Shown here piece after piece: positions 1-11,900 of a DNA stretch of 64,000 nt (position 1 is its first letter; every line of letters starts with the position of its first letter). The stretch covers positions 30,444,001-30,508,000 of the forward strand of contig NC_045706.1 of the NCBI RefSeq assembly GCF_009834535.1, written 5' to 3'. The translations under genes and the position numbers were made by a program. Source of the stretch: Camelus ferus (lineage: Eukaryota). Below the pieces are notes generated by a model. It had not been told where the DNA came from, did no database searches, and saw only the letters and a program-made list of their open reading frames with translations.

Positions 1-49
1 GATTGAGCGCGGTTCAATTACTCAAGACACATGAGTGCTTTCCATCTGC

Positions 50-352
50 CTAGCGGGCCCTACTTCCTTCCCACCTTTACTCAGATGGCGCCCTTCTGGA
101 GGCCTTTTCTGGCTATACTATTTAAAATCTCCCTCCGCCCACACACGGATGTCCTATGTACCCTTCTCTGCTTGGCTTTCTCCTCAGCATCCATCACGAT
201 CTAGCAAGAGTACATATTTTACTTGATTATCTTATTCATGGTCTACCTTCCCCACTAAAACGCAAGCTCCAGGAAGGCAGGTGTCTTTGATTACTGCTGT
301 TTCTGCAGTAGATCATAGCAGGCACTTAAAAGTATTTGTTCGATGAATGAGT
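50..352 (+). mobile_element. L2 LINE 3' end
   Basis: Typical L2 tail: aagctccaggaaggcagg...caggcacttaaaagtatttgttcgatgaatga. Confidence 0.7.
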
Positions 353-1424
353 TGTGCTAAGTTCTTTAAAGAACAGAGAGGCTCTGAAATTGAGGCACAT
401 TGTCTAGTGATGGACATAGACCCACGACTCAAATAACATTAGGAGGAAAGGAATGAAAAATAAATGAACAAAGGCGAAAGTTTCAACGTCAATAATAGAA
501 ACCAAAATAGCCTGCTTTAAGCTAGTTAATCATCTTATAAATTTGACAACCTTAACCAACTTCCTGAGCATTTCTTTAAAAGGCAGAGATAATTTAGCTG
601 CCTCCTTCTTAAAAGCAGGGCGTAATTATAGATATGTAGACTTTGGAAGGGTAAAGGGTGTACAGGTCCTATTTGCCTATTTTTAGAAAAATTCTGCTCC
701 TTGCAGATTCAAAGAAATGAACTTTTGTGACATTCAAAACATAGGAGAATTAAGCCCAGAGATGCAGATAGATAAAATTTTGAATATTAAAATCTTATAC
801 ATCAGGAAGCTGTGTGCAACTTCATTGACATGTGGAAGCTTTTAACATTCTATTTTCCAGCTCTTTTGTCTTTGACTGAACTCTGACCTCTTAGTGATTA
901 ATTGAATTTGATTTCTTCTCCGTGTAAATTTTAACAAAATACTTCATTGAACATTCAGATTGTGGCAAGTTTTATTTAGTTTTAAAAATACGTTTTTACT
1001 CATTAGAAGACTCATTTAAGTCTATTTTTTTCTGAGATAAAATTTAAGAGAACTACATGCATCTGTCTAAAAATTTTTTTCATGCTAAAGGCTTTAAAAT
1101 GTAATTTCATGAATAATTATTACCTGTCACCTCTTGGATTTATGTTAGAGTGACTTGCTGATTTTCCCCTAAATGTCAAATCATAAAATCCTTTGCAACA
1201 ATTTGGTAAAGACTTTGCAAATGCTTGACTTTTGTCTTTTTCTCCACGGAACTTGTCAGTGTAGTTCAGAATTCGCAAAATGGTCCACATGGATTCTGGG
1301 GAACGGTGCAAACTATGGGTCCCTTTACACAGATGCTTCTGTCATCATTGCATTTGTGCTCATTTTCTGGTATGGATTAGCAAATATTCATGATGTTAAA
1401 TGGAAACAAAATGAGTGAACGTGT

Positions 1425-1740
1425 GCATTCACTCAACAACCATTTTATGGAGTACTTAAGGAATGCTAGGCATGGATCTAGGGGAGGGATTACAGCTGTG
1501 AACAAAACTGACATAGCCCCAGTTCTCACGGAATTGACATTCTCGTGAGGGCGAAGATAGCAAACAGGTAAATAAGAAAATGAGGGATGTGATTTTAAGT
1601 ACATAAGTAGTGCTCTAAACAAAATAAAACAGTGTAATGTGATGGAGGGTGACAGGGTGGGGAGGGAGTGATTTTAGAGTAGGTGCCTAAGGATGGCTTC
1701 TCTGAGGAGGTGGCATTTGAGCCAAGACTTGCTTGACAAT
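1425..1740 (-). mobile_element. L2 LINE fragment
   Basis: cattcactcaacaaccatttt...gtgaacaaaactgacatagcccc...ggcttctctgaggaggtggcatttgagc. Confidence 0.75.
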
Positions 1741-3162
1741 AAAACTGGCCTAGAAAGATGGATAAGAAGATGAACTAGCTCTTGGCATTTCATGGCTGGC
1801 AAATTACTATCAATTATCCAACCTTCTTCTTCACTCTTCCCCACGTGGACCTGCTGCTCTAGCCAGGTGTGTTCTGAGAGTAACAACCCTCGCCTCAGCC
1901 CTCCATGGAGGTGACGTGTTCTTCATCAATCCCAGATCATGTTTCTCAAAACCCAAATGTCCAGATGCCTTACTCACAAATCCTGTTGTTCCTTAAATGA
2001 TAAACTGGGGGAGGGACAGGGAGAGGACAATTTTATGATATTGTTGAGCCTCTGGGGAAAACCACTCACCCATTCCAAGCACCTTAATCCTGCAGGGAAT
2101 AGAGTGGAGTGTTGCGTGAGGAGGACTTGGCCAAAGGTATGAAATTTGAACATGAGGTTTTGAACTCCAGTGTCCAGCTGATTGGGGCACGAACCTGGGA
2201 ACTCCTGGCAGATGATCATTTAGTGCTTTGTGTTGCCACATTTGAGACGTGAGTAAGCACCATAGGAAGATTCTGCTGTTTTATTTCCCGAGGGACATCT
2301 GGCAGCAGCAACGTGAAACTGTTTTGGAGCTAGAGAAGAGTTCCTGAAGCTGCCACCCAGATCCCAAAGCAACTTGTCAATGAGATTCAGGAGCCTTCTG
2401 GCATTGAGCATCCTCCTGGGCCATGCTTCTCCTGCCTCTAAGCCTGTAGAGTCTGTAATTCTGGAATACTCAAACTTTTCCAATCTGCGCATGTAACTCT
2501 ACCCATCATTCAAAGCATCTCTTCCCTGTACTTTTCCCAGCAACTCTAGCTTCTCTGAGGCCCTGCCATGGTCAGCATATTACCATCAGTGCCTCTGATT
2601 TAGTAGATCTGAATTCTCATGCAACTCTCTCCCAGAGATTATGATGATCAACCTTGTCTAAGAACTTACTTTTCATCCAAAGAAAACTCAAGAAGAGAAG
2701 GAACGAGACAGGGCTGGTCTCCTGCTCCCTTGAGATCTTTGGTGACCACCGAGAGAGGTATTCTCAGTTCAGATAAAACGAGTTTTCTAGTTCAAGGCCA
2801 CCATTCTCAGTGTACAGGGTCCCCAAATTTTAGGGGACAGAAGAGTCTCCCAGGTAGCTTGCTACAAATGCAGATTTCTAAGAATCAGCCCCTGAGGTCC
2901 TTGTTCACAAAAGCTGGCTGGCCCAGGAATCTGCATTTGTATCTTCAAGTAATTCGGATGTTGCTTATCTGTGGACATTTTGAGAAACACAAAATGGAAA
3001 GTAGGGAACCACTGCCCACCTCTGCCTTCTTCCTTATGTAACAGGGCACTCTATTTTAAGGTAAGATCCTAACAATCTCACTCATCCAACAAATACTTAC
3101 CTAGGCCACGCACCATACAAGGCATTGGGAGTACAGCCATAACAAAATTTGGGACGAATTTA

Positions 3163-3616
3163 CAAAGATGATCCCTGGTTCGACTTAGGATTTTTTGACT
3201 GTATAATGGTGCAAAAGCAACAGGCATTTAGTAGAAACTATACTTTGAATTTTGATTTTTTTCTTGGACTCATGCTATATAGTACAATACTCTCATTATG
3301 CTGGCCAGTGGCAGCTCCCAGGCAGCCATGTGATCACCAATACACTTACAATTATTCTGTTTTTATCTTTCAGTACAGTAGTCAATAAATTACATGAGAT
3401 ATTCAAAATTTATTATAAAGTAGGCTTTGTGTTAGATGATTTTGCCCAAATTTTAGCTATTATAAGTGTTCCGAGCACATTTAAGGCAGGCTAGGCTAAG
3501 CTACGATGTTTGTTTCAGTAGGTTAGGTGTATTAAATGCATTTTTGATTTAGGACTTTTTCAATTTATGATGGATTTATCTGGATGTAATCCCATTGTTA
3601 AGTTGAGGGAGATCTG
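3163..3616 (-). mobile_element. Tigger5/MER47-type Tc-mariner non-autonomous element
   Basis: TA-flanked; ggctaggctaagctacgatg...taggttaggtgtattaaatgcatt...taagttgagggagatctg matches the remembered MER47 consensus. Confidence 0.75.
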
Positions 3617-3689
3617 TACTCAAAAGTTATCCATTGGATATCTGAAATACACGTTTAACTGAGCATTCTGTATTTTATTGGGCAATGGT

Positions 3690-4120
3690 ACGTGGCAGGG
3701 GGCAGGTTCAGTCCTCCACCAGCACACTCGGAGATCGAGTTTAGTGTGCAGGATGTTTACAAGAAGCGCCCTTGAAATTAACACATGTGGAAAGAAAGAG
3801 AAGGAAGCTGGACTGGCTGAGGAAGAAGGTGAACAGAAATGTAGGTCCAGAGCCCCCACCAACTCTACAGTCAACCAAAAGCATCAGAGTTGCCCCACAT
3901 TGGGAAGAAATGACTAAGACTACATACCCCTGCTTCCATCTCCATCATTGGGTATAAGCTGCTCCGGGAGGAGTGTAACCTTAGGCAAAGTGTTTCTCAG
4001 TAGCTGAGGCTGACACTGAAGGGGCTGACAGTTGAAGGTCCGCTGCTGACAGCACTCCCAGCAGTGGGGCAAGTCCTTCTCTGTACAGGGATCTGAGAGT
4101 TCACCGTTCGTGTATCCACT
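3690..4120 (-). mobile_element. ERVL LTR16-type solo LTR
   Basis: gtgtgcaggatgttt...gggcctgacagttgaagg-like and cagcactcccagcagtgggg motifs. Confidence 0.6.
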
Positions 4121-4937
4121 TCAAGAGCCTGAGATCTAGCAATGAGCTCAGGGGTGCCAGCCATTCAAATGTGGTCATGAAAAATTAATGTGACCTTATT
4201 TTATACATGAGTGATTGTCATACCTGGATATAGTAGTTACATTTCTTCAACAAGAAACCTCTGGCCTATAGTCATATATTACCATTGGCTTTTTTGAGCT
4301 AGTTCACAGTGTGATATTTTTGTAGACACTAACTTTCAAACTTCCACAGCCCAGAAAATAGAATTCTGAAAAGTAAATGAGTGATTCATAGGGAAATCTC
4401 TCAAGGCTGAAGAAACAGAGCTCAGGAGAAGCCAGAATCAGTGGCTAATCATGGGGCGATGAACCTCTTGAATTCATATAACCTGTGTAGTAGTAAAGCG
4501 TGACCTGTTTCCCCAGCACTGTCCCAGGGCTACCCTCTCTCCCATTCCCCATTCATTCATCCAACACGTGCTAATTGACCTTGTGCACAGAAATAAGGGC
4601 TCTTATTCCCCACACTGCAGAATTTCTGAGCGTTTTTCATCAGTACAATTTGAGTAAAGATATAAAGGCTGGTTTTGTTACTTGATATGTTTAGGTTTTT
4701 TACATTTTTCCTATCTTCCAGTGCCTCATTTGTTTTCCCTCGAGGCAGACATCACAGCCTCTTTCCTCTACATCAATAATTTATTGAAAATAAAACTCCA
4801 CTGGTCCCCATAGCAAATTTAAAGGTTAATAGCTCAACTAGGCCAGAGGAATCTCCAGAAAACTGTTTATGATAGAATCACCAGGCCTTCCAAAAAAAAA
4901 AAAGCCTAAAACATTTAAAGGCTTAACGCTGTGAGAG

Positions 4938-4981
4938 AACACGCACGCACGCACGCACGCATGCGCACACACACACACACG
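4938..4981. repeat. (CACG)n/(CA)n compound microsatellite
   Basis: acacgcacgcacgcacgcacgcatgcgcacacacacacacacg. Confidence 0.9.
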
Positions 4982-5559
4982 AGTGGGCTGATGGTGTAAT
5001 GTGGGACTTTCTGCATTCTAGCATCTTATTTCAGTGTAGGAATGGGGCCGAATTCCCTGAGAGAAGCAGGGACTCACTAAGCTAAGGCATGGGGGGCTGC
5101 AGAAAAGGAGTGGCCCTGACAAAAGTGAGAATAATATTTTTCTGCTGCTAAGTTTCCAGGGGGTCACAGAGCTGCAGTTCCTCATCTTTGTCAGATGCTA
5201 GAAGAATGCTTAAGGTTTGATGATCATATCTCTGATTGTATAAAGGAGGAATACAGGCTCAGAGAAAAATGATACTTGGGAGATCAAAGGCAGAAGGACA
5301 GAAAGCAGAGAAAGAGGATGTGGTGGCCGTGAAAACGTACCACTGGGTTTCCTACCGTGGAGAATTGCCAGCTGGCCCGGCCGCATGCCCCTCTAGACTC
5401 ACAGCCACATTGTGTTGAGTCTGCTTCCCTAGGCTTCTTGGTCCAGTGACTGAGCACAGCAGAGGGACTAGAGCGAGCCTGTTCCATCAGGAGGAGTGTG
5501 ACTTTGGCTTGAAAATTCCTTGCCTGAAACTCTTCCTTCCCCATCTTCCTTCCTTTCCA

Positions 5560-5895
5560 ATTTTTAAAGTTCAGTCTATCTTCTCATTATTGAGTTATAA
5601 GAGTTCTTTATATATTCTGGATACAAGTCCTTGGTCTTATGTATGTATTGTGAATATTTTCTCCTGTTACGTGACTTGACTGTTTCTTTTTTTAACAGTA
5701 TACTTGAAAGAGCAGAAATTTATAATTTTGGTGAAATCCAGTTGATCAGTTTTCTTTTATATTTTGTGGGGTATTTTTGTTTGTGTGTGCCCATTCTAAG
5801 AAATCCTTGTCTACCCCAGGGTCACAAATATTTTTTGCTATATTATCTTTGATGAGTTTTATTTCTTTAAGTATTAAGTTTAGGTTTATGATTCA
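5560..5895 (-). mobile_element. Old L1M fragment (host of nested insertions; continues at 6781-7010 and 8537-8620)
   Basis: ttgagttataagagttctttatatattctggatacaagtcc, an ORF2 antisense signature. Confidence 0.75.
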
Positions 5896-5959
5896 TTTTT
5901 TAAATTTTTTTAAAAAAATTTTGGAGTGAGTAATTAGGTTTTGTTTTGTTAATTTAATT

Positions 5960-6780
5960 AATTAACTACATGTATTAAGAAATGATTGCCATAATAGGTT
6001 TAGTTGGCATCCATCATCTCATACAGATACAATAAAAAGAAAAGGAAAAAGAGGTCTCCTTGTGATGAGAATTCTTAGGATCTGTCCTCTTAACAACTTT
6101 CCTAAAAATTGTACAGCAGTGTAAAGTAAACTATAGTCATTATTTTGTACATTACATCCCTAGTACTTATTTATTTCGTAACTGGAAATTTGTGCCTTTT
6201 GACCGCCTTCCCCCAACCCTCCACCCTCCTGCCTCTGGTAACTACAAATCTGATCATATTTCTATGAGTTTCTTTTCCTTTTTTTTTTAGATTCCACACA
6301 TGTGAGATTATACAGTATTTGTCTCTTTGTCTGATTTATCTCACTTAGCATAATGCCTTCAAGGTCCATCCATATTGTCACAAATGAATTTTCTCATTTT
6401 ATGGCTGAATAATATTCATATATATTTATATATATTACAATTTTTTAAATCCTGTTATCCATCAATGGACACTTGGGTTGTTTCCATGCCTTGGCTATTG
6501 TAAATAATGCTGCTATGAATATGGGGGTGCAGATATCTTTTGGAGTTAGGAGTTTCATTTCCTTTGAATATATTCCCAAAAGTGGAATTGTTGGATCATA
6601 TGGTAGTTCTATTTTTAACTTTTGAGGAAACTCCATACTGTTTTCCATAGCTGCTACACCAATTTATAATCCCATCAACACAAGTGCACAAGGGTTCCCT
6701 TTCCTCCACATCCATTGCAGCATTTATCTCTTATCTTCTTGATAATAGTCATTCTAACAGCTGTGAGGTGATATCTCATT
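5960..6780 (-). mobile_element. L1 (L1MA9-like) 3' part
   Basis: ORF2 C-terminal remnant [26 protein letters not shown]... plus L1 3' UTR. Confidence 0.9.
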
Positions 6781-7010
6781 GAATACCACTCTTTCTGATT
6801 ATGGTTCATTTTATAGTAAGTTTTAAAGTCAAGTAACATAAGTCCTCCTATTTTTTTTTCAAAATTGTTTTGGCTCTTCTATTTTGCATTTCCATGTAAG
6901 TTTTAGAAATAGCTTATCAATTTCTATAGTAAAGTTTGTTGGATCTTGATTGGAAATGAGTTTATAGTCCAATTTGGGGAGAACTGACATCTTAACAATA
7001 TTGAATCTTC

Positions 7011-8536
7011 TGAAATAATAGAAATACATATCTATCTATCTATCTATCTATCTATCAATCATCTAATCTGTTCCTGATTTCTGGCACAGAACTCCTAAAA
7101 CTCTTATAATTTCCTATATAATAAGAGCACTAGGGGCATCTTTTGTTCTAGTATTTGGTCTTTGATCCTGTTTCCTGGTTAGAGCTCCTAAAATCCCTGG
7201 AATTTCCTGCCTGATAGGAGTGTCTCTTGTTCTAATGAGGCACCTCTTGGTGGGTTCCTGGATAGCTTCAGGATGTGGGCTAGTCAGCAAAAAGACCACG
7301 TCACAGTTAGAATTTTGGAACTTTCAGCCCCACCACACAAACTCTGGGAAAGGGAGAGGGGCTGGAGATTGAGTTAATTATCAATCATGCATATGCAATA
7401 CAGCCTTCATAGAAATCCCCGGAGTACAGGATTCAGAGAGCTTCTGGGTTGGTGAACATGTTACCAAACCAAACTTGGGTCCACTTGCCCGCATGCAGTA
7501 AAGCCAATCTACTGACACTGGGTGGTGAAGGAAAGTGCAGCATTTATTGCAGGGTGCAAAGAAAAGGGTCCAGGTTGCTAGTGCTCAAAACACCAGAACT
7601 TGATTTCAGGGAAAAGTTTTTAAAGATAGCATGAGGGAGTGGGGTTGTGGGTTGCGTGATCAGCTCGTGGACATTCTTCTAATTGGCTGGTGGTGAGGTA
7701 ATTGGGAGTCATCCTCATCAACCTTCTGGTTCCTACCGGTCTGAGGTCTATGTGCTTGTGGTCAGTGTACAGTTAACTCCTTGCACCTGGTGGGGGTTTC
7801 AGGCTCTGCAAAACAGCTCTAAGGATATATAGCCCAGAATATCACTGTAGCCCTTGAGGAGGAATTGAAGGTCCTTGACTTTGTTTAATGGCTAAACTAT
7901 TCTTTTGTCTTGACTGTTTTTCTTTTTTTTCTGCATTTTCTCACTTCTCTGGTTAAATTTACTCTTTGGAACTCAAGAAGGGCCTAGGAGGCTAAAGTTT
8001 TCTACAGACAAGAGACAGGCGGAGGACGTGGGGCGGGGGCGGGGTGGGGAGGGCGGTTTCCAGGAAAGGCCCTGTAGGGTCCTGCAGTTCCAAATACACC
8101 CCTGTGCCAGGAGGAATGTGTACCCAGCTCCACAGGAACAGCAGCTCCTGTGCTTGGGATACTTCCAGACCTCACCCTATGTCTCTCTTCATCTGGCTGT
8201 TCGTCTTTATCCTTTATTACATAATAAACTAGTGAACGTGGTGTTTCCCTGGGTTCTGTGACCTGGTCTAGCGCATTATTAAACCTGCAGAGGTGGTTGC
8301 AGAAACTTTGATTTATAGCTGTTCAGTCAGAAGTACCAGGGACAACCTGAGACTTGTGATTGGCCTCTGAAGGGGGGACAGTCTTGTGGGACTGAGCCCA
8401 TAACTGGTGGGATCTGATGCTAACTGGTGCTGGAAAATTGGTGGGTATTGGAATAAACCCACATATCCAGTGTGTCTGAAGTGTCAGAAGTGTTACGAGT
8501 GTGAGAATAAAGGGGAACGGGGAGTTTTCCTAGACA
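7011..8536 (+). mobile_element. MER21-type LTR, interrupted by a younger LTR
   Basis: TG...CA ends; duplicated cacagaactcctaaaactctt / gagctcctaaaatccctggaatttcc motif; (TCTA)n near the 5' end. Confidence 0.75.
7459..8092 (-). mobile_element. ERV1 solo LTR (LTR39-like) nested in MER21
   Basis: tgttaccaaaccaaacttgggtcc...ggtcctgcagttcca; tttatt at 7543-7548; 4-bp TSD aaca/aata; the MER21 sequence resumes after it. Confidence 0.75.
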
Positions 8537-10994
8537 AGTCTGTGGTTCAAGCTGGGGAGAGTCGACATCTTAACAATATTGTCTTCCAGTACCTGAATGT
8601 GGTATAGCTCTCCATTTTGGTTATAGGATTAAATATAAATTTTATTCCATTGTTTTACATGTCATCTTCAAGAGTTTCCATGATGTGTATCCTTAATTTT
8701 CTTTGTCTTCCATTTCAACCACTTTCTGTCTGAATCTTTTTCCTTCTTTATTTTATTTTTATTTTCTTGTTTATTTTTCTGCCTCTCCTCAATACTTTTC
8801 ATTAAAATTTTGTTTGAGTCTAGTATCCATTTGGTACTTGTGATTTAGCCTTCATTCCTAAAATGATTTTTTTTATTTCTTCCCCAAGTTCAATCAATTG
8901 GTTTCTCAATCACTTTTCTGTCTATCTATCTGTATATCTATCTATTGCTTTGTCCATTTCTGTTCTTGGATTTTGAATTTTTGATTTAAAGTGGTTTTTC
9001 ACATTTCAAAATGCTTGTTTGAAGATATTAATTCCATTTGGGATTTTGGGTTTTGTGGTTGCTTTGTGGTTGTTCTTTGGTAAGAATTTTCTCCAGCTAA
9101 GATTTTTTGATTCTCATTTTTTCCCCCTTAGAGTAGCTTTGTGTGGATTTATCTTGCTTCATTTCATTTCATGGACTTAGAGTGATTTGCCATTCCTAGT
9201 TCAACATCACCCTCTTCTGTCAATGTAGTGAAGCACAGTTCCTTTAGGGGAAGTTTTTATTTTTAAGTTGAGGGGTGGATACGTTTTTTAATGCTCTTTT
9301 TATTATCTACCTATTTCAGTTTCATAATCTCGTATTCTGATTGTATTGATGTTATCTTCTTTAATTTCCTTGAAAGTTTTAGACAGATTCATTTCAGAGT
9401 TTTTTTTTTTTTTTTTTCAGATCCTTCTTTCATCTCTGTCATCTCAGAATATAAAATCTCTCTTTTGTGGCTACTTTCTATTGCGCTAAGTGTGTTTTCT
9501 GACCCTTCCTGGAAAGCTCATATGGTGTGGGAATTTCCTCCCACACGTCCCTTGTCTGTGAGGCAGTTTCTTAGCTGCCTTGGCCTTGGTCTCATGGGTT
9601 AATCAGACTCAACCCATGTCCTATGTCTGCAGCTCAGCTCAGAGCTCCCCATTTCTGGAGTGACCATTCTCCACAGTTCATGTGGTACAGAGCAGAAGGG
9701 GACTCTGCTGTGGACACTGGCCCTGAGCAGTTAGTGTATTTCTGCTACAGTCTTGATGCCTGGGTGGAGCTATATCGTCCACCGTTCTTGGGTGGGAAGC
9801 CCAGCTCAGATTCCTGTTACAGAAGGTGCATTCGGTCCTGTCCGGGGAGGTATCCAACTCCAGCCCTGCTTGCCCGGCTCCAGTCCTGCCTTTTGTCCCT
9901 GTGGTTTTACATTTTGATTATTGTTTAAATTTTACTTCTGTCTTGAGCTGCTGAAATTTTCCTCTTGTATTTTGAGAAAAGGGTATAAATATATATTTTA
10001 ACATTTTGTCTTTCATTCTTTTGGACTTGGAGCACAGGAAATAAGATCATGAATATGTTTACTTTGAGACCTTTACCCAGAGATTTTCATCCCTTTTTAA
10101 AAAGTGAGCATGACAATATGTATCTGAACCCAAAATATATATATATATATTTATATCCTTTGATCTAGTAATTCTGCTCCTGGAAATTTATTTGAGGAAA
10201 TAATCCAAAAGAAAGTAAAAAGCTTCATGCACAAAGATATTCATGATTATTTTTGTTTATAAAAAATCTGGATATATTATAAATATTTCCCAACAATAAG
10301 GAGATATTTCACAAATATATCCACTCAATGTAGTTTGGGGCAGATTCTAAAAATAATAACTCACAAAGAATGGCTAATATAAAAAATGTTTGTTATAATT
10401 CAAGAGAGAAAATTGCCCTTAGCCATTTCTTGTTGTTTTGTACAAGTATGCTTAAAAAAAATGGATAGAAATATAGAAAGAAGAATGGAAAGAAATGATA
10501 CCCAAGTGTTAAAATGATTGTCTCCTGGTGATTTTTTACCTTTTATTTTCTATATTTTCAAAATTTCAGGTTGTGTGTATGAATCATTTTTATGAGAGAA
10601 AAAGACCTAAATAAATATGTTGTCTGAAAAGCTGAATGATAGAAGAATGAAATTTTAAATAGGCATGCTTTCTGTGATTATAGAGAATGGGTTGGCATGC
10701 CACTAAATGATTGATTACGAAACATGGTTCTGATAGGCCACACACAGCAGAGGGAGCTTTTGAGTGATGGGATTATTTATTGTAATCAGCTCACTTTTCA
10801 GCATCAGGGCACAAGGAGCACTGGGGCAGAGGTACAGAGCCAGGAGGCAGGACTAGCAGGGGGTGGCAGATGGCAAGAAACTACAATCTGTGGGCCACTG
10901 GCCAGGAGCCGGGCTCCAGTGAGGAAAAGGGCAGACTGGGGGACGACATGGGGGTCAGCTGGCAGGAGGCATAACCATAGGCAACTTCGTTGAG

Positions 10995-11900
10995 AGTTGC
11001 TGAGTTTGTTCCAGGCACTGTTTGGACCCTGAAAATACAGACAGACAAGACAGGTGCGGTTCTTGTCTTCATGAAACTTACAGTCTAGAACAGGGGTTGT
11101 CAGACTTTTTGGGGAAGGGGGTAGAGAGTAGACATCTTCGGTTTTGAGGGGCTATGCCACTTCTGTCACAGCTACTCAGCTCTGCTACGGTGACGCAGAA
11201 GCCGTCGCAGATGACGGTGAACGAATAGGAGTGGCTGAGTTCCAGTAAAACTTAATTTACTAAAACAGATGGTGGCTGGATTTGGCCAACTCGTGATCTA
11301 GGGGGAAGACAGCCAGTAAACAAACACACACGTCAACATGAATATTGGATTGTGATCACTGCCCAGAAGTAAATAACAAGGGTGATGTTGATGTGGTAGT
11401 GAGCTACTGTAGGTGGTCCACTTTATATTTTATCTTTTGTTAGGGCACGGCATCCATGCAGCCAAGCATACAAATCTGAAGAGATATATAGAATATTCTT
11501 AGCAGCCTGGAGCCACGCCCTGAAATATTGGAATGATCTGTGCAACCAAAGAGCTGGGCAGAGGGAAGCATTCCAGGCAGAAGGGAAAGCAAGGGCAGGA
11601 TCCTGCGGCAGGAAAAGACCTGGCATTTTCCAGGAACAGCAAGAGGTTCCATGTGACTGGACAGCAGCGAGCTTGGAATAGAGTGAGATGTGGGAGTGGA
11701 GGAAAATCCTACAGAATTTATAGGCCATTGTGAACATTCTGTATTTTATTCTCAATGTAATGAGAGCACAGTGGAGGGTTTTAGACTGAATGGCACGGTC
11801 TGGCTGAAGTTTTAAGATGCTCTGTGAGCCAATTTCTTGTCTTGTGTCTGGACTTTTCTGTAGTGATGTTTGGTTAGGGCTGGAGACAGGGACTGGGAGC
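10995..11900 (-). mobile_element. L2 LINE fragment (split by MER58A)
   Basis: ccaggcactgtttgg...catgaaacttacagtctag|...gcattccaggcagaagggaaagcaag...ttttattctcaatgtaatg. Confidence 0.7.
11091..11295. mobile_element. MER58A (hAT-Charlie) inserted in an L2
   Basis: caggggttgtcagacttttt...ggctgagttccagtaaaacttaatttac...ggatttggcc; TCTAG-type target gtctagaa / atctaggg. Confidence 0.8.
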
